Below, piece by piece: positions 48,698-58,952 of a DNA stretch of 64,000 nt (the stretch's first letter is position 1; every line of letters starts with the position of its first letter). Position numbers and translations under genes: made by a program. Source of the stretch: an uncultured delta proteobacterium (GTDB lineage: Bacteria > Desulfobacterota > Binatia > UBA9968); NCBI GenBank assembly GCA_963728565.1, contig CAVSLC010000002.1, positions 64,001 to 128,000 on the forward strand. The letters run 5' to 3'. The notes beneath the pieces are model-generated. The model saw nothing but the letters and a program-made list of their open reading frames with translations, did no database searches and was not told the DNA's origin.

Positions 48698-51600
48698 ATG
48701 CCAGGAAAGTGTTTCAGAGGGTTGGTGACGTTGGTATACGTCACTAGCAGTGTGCTACCGCTCGCTGCACAGCAAGGTCCCACGCAGCCTCCGCTTACAC
48801 CCGTACCCGTGCAACCCACGCCTACAGAACCGAATCAGGCGCCGCCGGGGCAGGGTCAGCCACCGCCGAGTCAGCTTCCGCGCCGCGCCCCTATAGTGCC
48901 GCAACGGCCCCCCTCCTCTGCGCAACAGGTGCCAGGAACCCCTGGCGCATCGGACGGCAGCGTTCCCCAAGGCGTACCCGCACCGGCGCCCGCCCCAGCT
49001 CCGACGCCGATTCCGCCGGAACGAAGAATGTTGCCGCCGCCGAGCACGGCGGGCGGTATGGTTTCGCTGAATTTCAACCGAGCCGACTTAGTCGAGATCA
49101 TTCATATTTTGGCTCAGCACCTTCGCCTGACATACACCATTGATCCCGAGGTTAAGGGAATCGTTACGATTCATAGCGCCGAGCCGTTGCGCCCCGAAGA
49201 TTTGCTGCCCATTTTCCATCAGGTCCTGCGCATGAACAATGCGGTAGCGGTGCGCACCGGAAACATTTACCGGATCACGACGATCAAGGATGCCAAGGGT
49301 CTGGTACGGCCGTTGGCGCAAGGCCGTGAAGACAGTTTCGCGTTGCAGGTTGTTCCGGTGCGATTTTTCTCAGCGGCGGAAATGAAGAAGCTCTTGACTC
49401 CCTTTTTGACACCCGGGGGCGAGCTCGTAGATTATCCGCGGGGAAATTTTCTGGTCATTATCGATCTTCCTTCTAACATCCAGCGCCTAGTCGAAATCGC
49501 CGATATGATCGACGTTCAGGTGTTTGCGGGAACGCGCATGGAGATCTATCAGCCCAAGGTTGCCAGCGCTGAAGAACTTGCCGCCGAAATGACGAAAGTG
49601 ATGCAGTATTACGCCGCCTCGGCGCCACAACAAGAGAACTTCGCTTCTCAATTCGTTCCATTGCCGCGCATCAATCAGCTCTTGGTAATCAGCCACAGCG
49701 AGGCTGCGTGGACTTATGCGAAGAGATGGCTGGAGCGCGTCGACGTTGCTGGTGAAGGACCAGGTAGGCGAATCTTTATATACCCGGTGGAAAATGGCAA
49801 AGCGACGGAGCTGGCCGACGTCTTGACCCAGGCGCTCGGTCAGCCGATGACGGGCAGAAGGGATAGTTCCAGGACCCTTCAAGACTTGCACCGCTCGACG
49901 CCTGGAGGATTCGGACAGTTCGATAGCGGCAGCCGTTCATTGAGTCCATCGTATGGGCGCTCAGGTTTTCAGCAACAAACCCAGCCGTTAGGGGGCGCGT
50001 TTGCCACCGTTCCGGCGCCGGCGCCCGCTCAAGTCCCACCCGCGGCGCCAACCCCCGGATTGCCGCCGGGGTTACCATCCGTGCCGGGGGCTCCTAGACC
50101 GGCGACTCCTGCAGCTCCCGGTGCCAAGCCAGAGGAGCAACTGAGAATCGTGCCTGATCCGGGAACGAATTCATTGATCATCTACGGCACCGTCCAGGAA
50201 TTTCAGAATATCAAAAACATTCTGAAAGAACTCGACATTATCCCGCGCCAGGTTCTCATGGACGTTATGGTGGCCGAAGTTGCGCTAACCGGGTCTGAAT
50301 CATTTGGCGTCGAGTATGAATTGTTTCGCAAATACAACCCGTCGATTTTCGGCCAAACTTTCGACTCTCAAGGAGCGGTGAGAAGCGGGATTTTCAATCA
50401 AGCAACTCGCCCCGCCACCGAAAACTCGCCATTCGCACAGTTCTTGAACGGCATCAGTGGGGTTGCCGGTCGGGGTAATACCATCCGCGCGTTTATCTCC
50501 GCCTTGGCGACCGACAATCGGGCGAAGATCCTCTCGTCGCCGAGTGTCCTGGCGACGGATAACCGGCCGGCGCGAATCCAGGTCGGTCGGGAGATTCCTG
50601 TTTTGTCCTCGCAAGCTCAATCGATTGTCGGCGACAGTCCCATTGTGAACAGCGTGCAATACCGGAACACAGGCGTTATTCTCACGATCATTCCACAAGT
50701 CAATTCACAGGGTTTGGTTCACCTTCAGGTCAAACAAGAGGTTAGCGATGTGGGCGCCCCCTCCTTCGGCAATACCAACTCGCCGTCGTTCACGACCCGC
50801 GATGCGGAAACCACCGCAGTCGTGCAAGATGGGGATACGCTTGCGATAGGCGGGATCATCAGCGACACTACAAGGCGAGATCGCTCAGGAATTCCGTACT
50901 TGATGGACCTTCCAGTGCTTGGGCCGTCTTTTCGGCACCACCAACGATACGTCGGATCGTACCGAGCTGGTCATGCTCATTACGCCCCATGTCGTTCGTA
51001 ACCGAGATGAAGCTCAGCAGGTTACTGAGGGGTTCAAAGAAAAGATCTATGGAGTAAGAAACGAACTCGAACGTTTTTGGATGGAACAGGAGCGATTGAA
51101 ATCAAGAAGGCAGCAGCCTGCCATGCCGCCGGCTGAAATTCCTGCGGTGCCGGGTCCCAGAGAGAATTTACCGATTCCCACTCCGAATACATCGGGGATC
51201 CCAAGGGGTATGCCTGGACCAGCCTTGCCGCAGCACGCGCCGCAGAATCCTGCGCCGCCGCAGCCGTCGATATCCTTGGATAAAAGAGGCAGGAAAAATG
51301 CTTCGTCTATAGAAAGGGCAGGTGCGACGGCGATATCGGATCGTCCCGCAGATGTCGCGGTAGTAACCGAGTTGACCAACCGCAACCCGCCGTTGCCATG
51401 GCCTACATCCCTGCACCAGTCCCCAGCCGATTTAGTTACGCCCAGTGATCCAATGCAAGTCGCACAGGCGCCGCAAGCTGAAAGCATAGCCTCGGCGTTG
51501 TCGGTTCGCTCCATTGACCCAGTTCCGCAATTCGAACGACCGGCACCTACCAAAGCGAGCATAGGTAATCTGATGGGTCCTACGAACCGGGTCTTCACCA

Positions 51601-51887
51601 GCGCAAAAAAAAGCGACCAGGCAACTCGGAATCCTGACATGAATCACATTTGGATGGTCCAGGTTGCGTCTCTGCCGGAAGAAAAAGATGCTGATCAGAT
51701 GGCCGATCGGCTCCGTCAAAAAGGCTACGATGCGCGCGTCATCCGAGCGGCGGTTGACAACCGGCTGCGTTACCGCGTTCGTGTCGGCCAATTGACGACC
51801 CGAAATGAAGCGGTCGAACTAAACAATACGCTCAAAGCAAACGAGAAGTTTTCCGATAGCTACATTTCGCGCGTAACGGTTAGATAA
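48698..51887 (+). CDS. gspD: Type II secretion secretin with Pro-rich linkers and C-terminal SPOR domain; 1-nt insertion near 50920
   Basis: N0 domain (LNFNRADL), N domains, PRQVL..V.VAEV, SSPSV...N..A.IQVG, GVILTIIPQ, DGDTLAIGG; the +1 frame gives GRLF...TELVMLITPHVV and continues to WMVQVAS...YRVRVG. Confidence 0.88.
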
Positions 51888-51941
51888 AAGCAAGAATCTC
51901 CGCCAGATAGCCACACCCGAATTCCTAGCGAGAAATCTCCC

Positions 51942-51976
51942 GCACCAGCACGGCGGATCCGCCGCTGTGCTGGTGC
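51942..51976 (+). terminator. GC-rich hairpin after gspD (putative terminator/processing stem)
   Basis: GCACCAGCAC-GGCGG-AT-CCGCC-GCT-GTGCTGGTGC inverted repeat; no clear U-tract. Confidence 0.5.
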
Positions 51977-52063
51977 TAAGCACTACCTCGAATTCCTATT
52001 CTCTGGACCCATCTACAAAGCTTTCCATAATCTGGACCGCTTTGTTATGATAATTGTAGTTGT

Positions 52064-52897
52064 ATGACGTTGTCGATCTCTGAGTTGATTGTACTCATCC
52101 GTGGTGGCGGCGAGATGGCTACCGGTATCGCGCACCGGTTGCACCGCTGTCACATGCGGGTGTTAATCACTGAAATTACTATGCCCACGTCGGTCCGGAG
52201 AAATGTTGCATTTGCCGAAGCGGTTTACGAAGGCGCTCACACCGTCGAAGGAGTCGAGGCTGTTCGCGCTGCTTCTTGCGATGAAGCTTATCTGGCTTGG
52301 AAGCGAAATCAAATTCCGGTCTTTGTCGATCCCGAGGCCTCGATTCGAGAAATTCTTAAGCCTGTTGTCGTTGTCGACGCCATCATGGCTAAGAAGAATG
52401 GCGTTGCAAAACTCACCGACGCGCCGCTAGTGATTGGTGTCGGTCCAGGCTTCACGGCGGGGCTTGATGTGCATGCGGTGGTTGAAAGTAATCGGGGTCA
52501 TCATTTAGGACGTGTCATCTGGGATGGGGCCGCCGAATCCGACACCGGCATACCCGCTTCGGTGGATGGCTATACAGCGTCCAGAGTTCTGCGGGTGCCG
52601 CAAAGCGGGATCTTTAATGCGCTCCGGGCTATCGGTGATGTGATCGCGATGGGTGATTCGGTCGCAAACGTCAATGGTGAATTGATCAAAGCGGAGATTT
52701 CAGGTCAGATTCGCGGGCTGCTCCGCAATGGCATTCAGGTGCAGCAAGGCATCAAAGCCGGCGACATTGATCCGCGCGGTGAAAGGGGTTATTGTGATTC
52801 GATTTCCGATAAGTCGCGGGCGATCGCCGGCGGCGTTTTGGAAGCGGTTCTTCATTCTCTCGGAGATTTAAAAATTCATGGCGATCTTAAATTCTAA
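52064..52897 (+). CDS. yqeB: Selenium-dependent molybdenum hydroxylase system protein YqeB
   Basis: IRGGGEMATG.A.RL, VRRNVAF.EAV, DAIMAK.N, GPGFTAG, ESNRGHHLG, GDIDPRG, ISDKSRAIAGGVLEA. Confidence 0.88.
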   Translation: MTLSISELIVLIRGGGEMATGIAHRLHRCHMRVLITEITMPTSVRRNVAFAEAVYEGAHTVEGVEAVRAASCDEAYLAWKRNQIPVFVDPEASIREILKPVVVVDAIMAKKNGVAKLTDAPLVIGVGPGFTAGLDVHAVVESNRGHHLGRVIWDGAAESDTGIPASVDGYTASRVLRVPQSGIFNALRAIGDVIAMGDSVANVNGELIKAEISGQIRGLLRNGIQVQQGIKAGDIDPRGERGYCDSISDKSRAIAGGVLEAVLHSLGDLKIHGDLKF

Positions 52898-52919
52898 AAT
52901 CTCAAACGGTGAGGCTGGC

Positions 52920-53841
52920 GTGAATCCAAAACAGCTGACAATCGAAGACGTCCAGGAGATTCTGCTCAAAGAGGACTATGTTTGCGACCGCTCATTGGCT
53001 ACCGTCGTCTATCTTTCATTGGCAATGGGTAAACCATTGCTGCTCGAAGGAGAGGCCGGAGTCGGTAAAACCGAAATCGCCAAGGTGCTTGCGAAAGTGT
53101 TGAACGCCAAACTGATCCGGCTCCAGTGCTACGAGGGCTTGGACGCCAACACGGCACTTTACGAATGGAATTATCCCAAGCAAATGTTGCGGATCAAAGC
53201 TGGAGGAGGTTCAAAGAGGAGATAAAAAGGCGGTCGAAACCGAGATCTTCAACCAGGATTACTTGCTCAAGCGCCCTCTGCTGGAGGCGATTATCAGTGA
53301 AGAGGAGAATCCCCCGGTGCTGCTTATCGACGAAATTGATCGCGCCGACGTCGAGTTTGAAGCCTTCTTGCTCGAAGTACTGTCCGACTTCCAAATCACC
53401 ATCCCCGAGATTGGCACCGTGCAAGCGAAGCAGCGGCCTTATGTCTTTTTGACTTCAAATCGGACTCGCGAAATTCATGATGCCCTAAAGCGACGTTGTC
53501 TTTATCATTGGATCGAGTATCCAACCTTTGAAAAGGAGCTGGAGATCATTTCGACCAAGTTCCCAGAGGTCGCGCCGGCAATGGCCAAGCAGATCTGCGC
53601 ATTTATGCAGCGGGTTCGCGAGATGAATTTTTACAAGAGGCCGGGTGTGGCCGAAACATTGGATTGGGCGACAGCTCTGATTGCCCTCAACCGAAAGGGA
53701 TTGGACGACAAGACTGTCGTTGAAACGATGGGCTGTGTATTCAAATATCGAGAAGATCTACACCATCTGAAAGAGCAAATCGAAGGAAAACATCTCAATT
53801 TGGATGCGTTGCTCAGGTCTTCGCCCGAATTGATGAGTTAG
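52920..53841 (+). CDS. coxD: MoxR/CoxD-type AAA+ ATPase; 1-nt insertion near 53197
   Basis: LLEGEAGVGKT, RLQCYEGLD, YEWNY; +1 frame LLIDEIDRAD.EFEAFLLE, TSNRTRE.HDALKRRC, KRPGVAET.DW. Confidence 0.85.
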
Positions 53842-53846
53842 CGGAT

Positions 53847-55058
53847 ATGGAAATCACTCCGGAAATCGTTGCAGCTGCAGTCAACAATTTCGCGGGCGTG
53901 CGTGGACACGGTACTGTGGCCAATTTACTCGCCTTCGGGCGCGCTCTGAAGCAATTGGGGGTGAAGGTAAGTTTGAGCCAAGTCATCGACACGTCCCGCT
54001 CGCTCGATCTGGTGGATATCGGCGAGAAGGAGGATTTTCGCGCTCTTCTGCGGTCCAATTTGATTTCTCAAGTGGAGGATTTTCCTGTCTTCGACATGGT
54101 CTTCGATTGCTTCTGGCGCGAACAGAACTACGAGCGGGTGCCGATGGAAACGCTCGAGATTCAAGGAACCCCCACCGAATCTCAGGCGCAAGAAGGCGGT
54201 GAGGAGGAGGGGCTGGATGAAGCCTTTGCTGAAACCCCGGCGAAAGAGAATGTCGAGTTGGAGAATCTGGACGAGTTTTCGATTCCGACCTACAGCGCCC
54301 AAGAGCTGCTCAACCGCAAAGATTTTAGCGAAATGAGTGTCGAGGAAAGTCGCGCGATCGCCCGCGCAATCTTGCTGATTGCGACGAAAATCGCCACCCA
54401 AATCAGCCGGCGCAAGAAACACTCGCGCAAAGGGGCGACAGTGGACCCGCGCTGGACCTTGCGAAAAAACATTAAATACGGCGGCGACGTGGTCGAGTTG
54501 GTCAACCGCAAGCGCCGCATCAAAAAAACCAAGGTAGTGCTGCTTTGTGATGTCAGCGGCTCGATGGATTGTTATAGTCGATTTTTGATTCAATTCATGT
54601 ACGGATTGCAGAATGAGCTATGGGGTGTCGAGACGTTTGTTTTTAGCACCTCGCTGACCCGTATCACCCATCTGATTCGCACCAAGGATATTGCCAATGC
54701 GCTGGAGCAGATCTCCGGCAACATTTTGGGCTGGTCCGGCGGTACCAACATCGGCCGTTCTCTGCAAACCTTCAACCGAAATTTTGCTCCGGCCATGGTG
54801 ACCTCCCGGACCATCGTCGTTATCATCAGTGACGGTTGGGACCGGGGCGACGTTAGCCTACTAGAGCGGCAGATGCAGGATCTAAAGCGTCGATGTAAGA
54901 AAGTGATCTGGCTCAATCCGCTGCTCGCCAGCGAAAATTATGAGCCCTTGTGCAAGGGAATGCAGGCGGCCTTGCCGTACATCGATCTGTTCTTGTCGGT
55001 TCATAATCTCAATAGTTTGGTCGCCTTGGGGCGCACTTTACAGAAGATGGTGGCTTGA
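53847..55058 (+). CDS. coxE: CoxE-like VWA domain protein
   Basis: LCDVSGSM MIDAS, FSTSLTRIT, WSGGTNIG, SDGWDRG, WLNP. Confidence 0.88.
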   Translation: MEITPEIVAAAVNNFAGVRGHGTVANLLAFGRALKQLGVKVSLSQVIDTSRSLDLVDIGEKEDFRALLRSNLISQVEDFPVFDMVFDCFWREQNYERVPMETLEIQGTPTESQAQEGGEEEGLDEAFAETPAKENVELENLDEFSIPTYSAQELLNRKDFSEMSVEESRAIARAILLIATKIATQISRRKKHSRKGATVDPRWTLRKNIKYGGDVVELVNRKRRIKKTKVVLLCDVSGSMDCYSRFLIQFMYGLQNELWGVETFVFSTSLTRITHLIRTKDIANALEQISGNILGWSGGTNIGRSLQTFNRNFAPAMVTSRTIVVIISDGWDRGDVSLLERQMQDLKRRCKKVIWLNPLLASENYEPLCKGMQAALPYIDLFLSVHNLNSLVALGRTLQKMVA

Positions 55059-55081
55059 AATCGTCTGCACGGAGGAAAATC

Positions 55082-56240
55082 ATGTCAGGTCAAGGAACGT
55101 GCTTTGAGGACCCCGCTTTGGAAGCCAAGAAGAAAGACTCGGTTTATCATCAGGTAAAAGAATTTCTCGACAAAGGCGAAACAGTCGCGGTGGCGACTAT
55201 TGTTTCGGCTAAAGGCTCGACTCCGCGAGAAGTCGGCGCGAAAATGGTGGTGACGGCCTGGGGAGAAATTCTCGGCACCATCGGCGGTGGTTGTGGCGAG
55301 GCAGACGTCAAGCGCGAAGCTATTGAAGTCATCCGCACGCGCAAACCGAGGATGGTGCGTGTGGATCTGCTCGATGACATATCGTCCGACAGCCCGGCTG
55401 TTTGCGGCGGGATCATGAATATTTTTGTCGATCCTTGGTGGGAAGAGGCGGGAGCCAGTGGCCAAGGAATGAGCGCCCTTTCTGAAGACTTGGTGCGGAT
55501 CAGCGAGCAAGGCCTATCCGCTGTTCTTGCGACGATTGTCGAAGCGGAGGGAAGCGACCGTATTCAAGCCGGCGCTAAGTGCCTGGTGGTAAACGGTAAA
55601 AGCGAAACCGAGACGATCGGCAATTCGCGCGCGGTGGAGCGGATCGTTCGTGAGAGCGAGACGATTTTAAGCGGGGAGAAGTCCAAGCTCGTTGCTGATC
55701 GAATTACCGGAGGTCGGGAGACTTCAAGTTTTTTTTGAAGTCATGTTGGCGCCGCCCAAACTGATCGTTGTCGGCGCCGGCCATATCGCTGTGCCTCTGG
55801 TTCAAATCGCCAAGGTTCTAGATTTTCACGTGACTGTCATTGACGATCGTCTCCTTTATGCCAATCGCGACAGGTTTCCGGCGGCTGATGAAGTGCTGGT
55901 TGGCGATATGGCGCAAATGTTGAAGGAGATGACGATTACTCCATCCTGTTATATCGTCCTGATTACCCGCGGACATAAGTATGATGAACCTTGTCTGCGC
56001 CAGATCCTTCACAGTAAAGCGAAATACATCGGTATGATCGGTAGCCGGCGCCGAATCAAGGCCTGCTTTCAAAGATTCCGTGACGAGGAGAAAATCGCCG
56101 AGGAAGTCATCGAGCGTGTGTACGCTCCGATAGGTCTGGATATCGCGACCGAGACACCGGCCGAAATTGCATTGTCAATTCTGGCTGAGGTGGTCAAGGT
56201 TCGTCGTGGCGGCAAGGCGGCATCGCTCTCCGGCCATTGA
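55082..56240 (+). CDS. xdhC: XdhC/CoxF Moco-insertion chaperone; 1-nt insertion near 55690
   Basis: GSTPREVGAKM...GTIGGGC.E...CGG; +1 frame VGAGHIA, DDR, TRGH, YIGMIGSRR, PIGLDI..ETPAEIA.SI.AE. Confidence 0.88.
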
Positions 56241-56255
56241 GCCGGCGCTTGTTTA

Positions 56256-56681
56256 TTGGACGCCGCCGTGTCGCGCAGAATCGAAGGCGTGATTTTTTCG
56301 GACCTGGGCCAAGCATCCAAATTTATGGCGCTAGACTGGGTGCAGGAAGCGCTTCGGGAAAGTTTGGGCTTTGCGCCGTACCCGGCTACTCTCAATCTGC
56401 AGCCATCAACGCCGCAGGATGCGCGGCTGTGGGAGCAAATCCAGAGAGAGGTTGCGGCGGTGCCACTGGCGCCAGTCCCAACCGGTTTCTGTAGCGCCGG
56501 GCTTTATTTTGTCAGCTTACAACGATTGGCCGACGGCGAGGAAATGGTCAGCGGAGCCGTACTACTGCCTGCCGTGGTCGATTATCCAAAAGACAAAATA
56601 GAAGTCGTTGCCCAGGTTCGAATAAAAGATGCGCTCTCTGTCAAGGACGGTGACCGCTTGGTCGTGGAGTTTGACGATTGA
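56256..56681 (+). CDS. Archaeal-type CTP-dependent riboflavin kinase domain protein (DUF120-like)
   Basis: EGVIFSDLGQASKF...LGFAPYPATLNL...IEVVA.VRIKDAL.VKDGD matches the archaeal RibK pattern G.V.SG.GEG..F...LGF.PYPGTLN...IE.IA...L.LKDGD; start uncertain. Confidence 0.75.
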   Translation: MDAAVSRRIEGVIFSDLGQASKFMALDWVQEALRESLGFAPYPATLNLQPSTPQDARLWEQIQREVAAVPLAPVPTGFCSAGLYFVSLQRLADGEEMVSGAVLLPAVVDYPKDKIEVVAQVRIKDALSVKDGDRLVVEFDD

Positions 56682-57331
56682 ATAACAAAAAGCGACTGAT
56701 CGTTGGCATCTCCGGAGCAACCGGCGCCATTTATGGCGTTCGCATGCTCGAGATCCTGGCGAAATTGGCTGAGATCGAAACTCATCTGGTCTTGAGCAAA
56801 GCGGGTCGAATGACGATCCAGGTGGAGACTCCGTACTCGTCTAAGGATGTCGAGGCGATGGCGGATGTCGTTCACGACGTGAACAATGTCGGAGCCAGCA
56901 TCTCGAGTGGTTCCTTTCGCACCGAAGGCATGGTCATCGCGCCGTGCTCGATGAAGTCGATGAGCGGTATTGCGCATTCGCTCGGGGGCGACCTCCTGGT
57001 GCGCGCCGCTGATGTGGTATTAAAGGAGCGCAAAAAGCTTGTCCTCGTCGTCCGGGAAACCCCGCTTCACCTGGGTCATCTCGAGGCGATGGTGTCGCTG
57101 ACCCGGATGGGGGCAATTATCTTTCCACCGGTGCCGGCTTTTTATCACCGTCCCAAAACATTGGATGACGTAATCAATCAGACCGTCACTCGTATCCTGG
57201 ACCAGTTCGGCATCGATGTGAAACTATTTCATCGCTGGGATGACGAAGGAATGAGTCGTCATCCCGATGCCGGGAAAACCACCACGCTGGCGGCCGCCAA
57301 GGCGAGCCAGCGCGTCAAAAAGCAGTCGTAA
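56678..57331 (+). CDS. ubiX: Flavin prenyltransferase
   Basis: GISGATG, ISSGSF, IAPCSMK, RAADV.LKE, RETPL, PPVPAFY. Confidence 0.93.
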   Translation: MNNKKRLIVGISGATGAIYGVRMLEILAKLAEIETHLVLSKAGRMTIQVETPYSSKDVEAMADVVHDVNNVGASISSGSFRTEGMVIAPCSMKSMSGIAHSLGGDLLVRAADVVLKERKKLVLVVRETPLHLGHLEAMVSLTRMGAIIFPPVPAFYHRPKTLDDVINQTVTRILDQFGIDVKLFHRWDDEGMSRHPDAGKTTTLAAAKASQRVKKQS

Positions 57332-57349
57332 AACGCTGCTTTGCTCGAC

Positions 57350-58402
57350 ATGCCAAGCCGCCGAGAGAATAAAGCTCTCACCAAGACCCAACAGCGAAAA
57401 AAAGAACATCTCGAGCTGTGTCTCGACAGCAAAACGGTTTTGAGTCCAACAGGATCCGGTCTCGGTTCCTATAGGTTTGTTCACAACGCGTTGCCCGATC
57501 TCGATATAGACGAAATCGACACCGAGACAACCTTTCTGGGCAAGCGACTGAAGGCGCCTTTACTGATCTCCTCGATGACCGGCGGCTTCAGCTTGGCGCG
57601 AACGGTTAACCGCAACCTTGCGGCCGCGGCGCAAGAGCTCGGTTTGGCGATGGGGGTCGGGTCGCAGCGCGTCGCCATCGAGGAACCATCCGCCGCAGAA
57701 TCTTTTCAAGTCAGGGAAGTTGCCCCGGATATCCTCCTGCTCGCCAATCTCGGTGCTGTTCAACTCAATTACGGCTACGGTCTGGATCAGTGTCGACGCG
57801 CCGTGGAAATGATCGGTGCCGATGCGTTAATTTTACATCTGAACGTTCTCCAGGAAGCTGTCCAGCCCGAGGGGAACCGCAATTTTTCCGGCTTGACGGC
57901 TAAAATAGCGGCGATTTGTCGTGACCTGGAGGTCGCGGTGGTCGCCAAAGAAGTCGGCAGCGGCATCTCGGCCGAAGTGGCCGTGCGGCTTGCTCGTGCG
58001 GGCGTCAAAGCCATCGATGTCGCGGGCAAGGGCGGCACTTCCTGGTATGCCGTCGAAGCCTCCAGGGCCGCCAAGGCCGGGCAACCGGTGGATGTTTCGT
58101 TTGCCGAGTGGGGTATTCCAACCGATCAATCGCTGATTGCGGTACGGGAAGTCCTCCCGGATATGACACTGGTAGCTTCCGGAGGCATTCGCTCCGGCTT
58201 GGACATGGCGAAAGCCATAGCTCTCGGGGCCGACATGGCCGCTTTGGGTCAACCGCTGCTGGCGCCGGCATTAGAGTCCGCCGAAAAGGTGGTAAAATCG
58301 CTGCGTTCGATTATCTACGAGATCAAGGTGGCTATGTTGTGTGTCGGCGCTCGTGATCTCGGCGCTCTACGTAGAACTCCATTGTTGCGGCAACCCCGGT
58401 GA
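57350..58402 (+). CDS. fni: Type 2 (FMN-dependent) isopentenyl-diphosphate isomerase
   Basis: RK.EH, SSMTGG, GVGSQR, HLN..QE..QPEG, KEVG.G, G.GGTSW, WGIPT, SGGIR.G. Confidence 0.93.
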   Translation: MPSRRENKALTKTQQRKKEHLELCLDSKTVLSPTGSGLGSYRFVHNALPDLDIDEIDTETTFLGKRLKAPLLISSMTGGFSLARTVNRNLAAAAQELGLAMGVGSQRVAIEEPSAAESFQVREVAPDILLLANLGAVQLNYGYGLDQCRRAVEMIGADALILHLNVLQEAVQPEGNRNFSGLTAKIAAICRDLEVAVVAKEVGSGISAEVAVRLARAGVKAIDVAGKGGTSWYAVEASRAAKAGQPVDVSFAEWGIPTDQSLIAVREVLPDMTLVASGGIRSGLDMAKAIALGADMAALGQPLLAPALESAEKVVKSLRSIIYEIKVAMLCVGARDLGALRRTPLLRQPR

Positions 58403-58459
58403 GCGTCTCGGTCTCAGTTCGATATATGAATGCTATGCTCATTTGGTGCCGCGGCTTTT

Positions 58460-58939
58460 ATGCCTGACGATCTAAAGCAGCAGGTTATCCGCTACCTCCA
58501 GACTCATAACACCATGACCTTGGCGACTTGCGCCAACGAGGTGCCGTGGGCAGCCACGGTCTTTTATGCCAGTGAACAATGGAAGCTCTATTTTTTTTCG
58601 GCGCCGCAATCGCGCCATTGTCAAAATCTCGCTGTCAACGCTCGAGTTGCAGTCACGATCCAAGAGGATTACAAGGATTGGCGCCGGATTAAAGGAATTC
58701 AGCTGGAAGGAAAAGCGCTGTTGGTGGATTCGACTCTGGAGAAAACCAAAGCGATGGCCGTTTATGCGCGCAAGTATCCTGAGGTGATTAAGCTTTTTAC
58801 GACCCCGGGCAGCGGAGTTTTTTACCAGGCCTTTCTTAAAGTCAAATTTTACTGCGTCGTTCCTGAAAAAATGTATTTCATCGATAACGAGCAGGGCTTC
58901 GGCAAACGGCAGGAGTTGGAGTTGACGCAGCAGGCGTAG
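58460..58939 (+). CDS. Pyridoxamine-5'-phosphate oxidase-like split-barrel protein (YhbP-like)
   Basis: MTLAT...PWAATVFY...YFFS...SRH..N...N.RVAVTI...IKGIQLEG...FIDN..GFG.R. Confidence 0.8.
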   Translation: MPDDLKQQVIRYLQTHNTMTLATCANEVPWAATVFYASEQWKLYFFSAPQSRHCQNLAVNARVAVTIQEDYKDWRRIKGIQLEGKALLVDSTLEKTKAMAVYARKYPEVIKLFTTPGSGVFYQAFLKVKFYCVVPEKMYFIDNEQGFGKRQELELTQQA

Positions 58940-58952
58940 CAAAGGATGGACA

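Noticed and set aside
2765-56240. Calling the frameshifted genes pseudogenes or programmed frameshifts
   Set aside because: They are isolated single indels without other decay or a shared slippery motif, more consistent with sequencing error.
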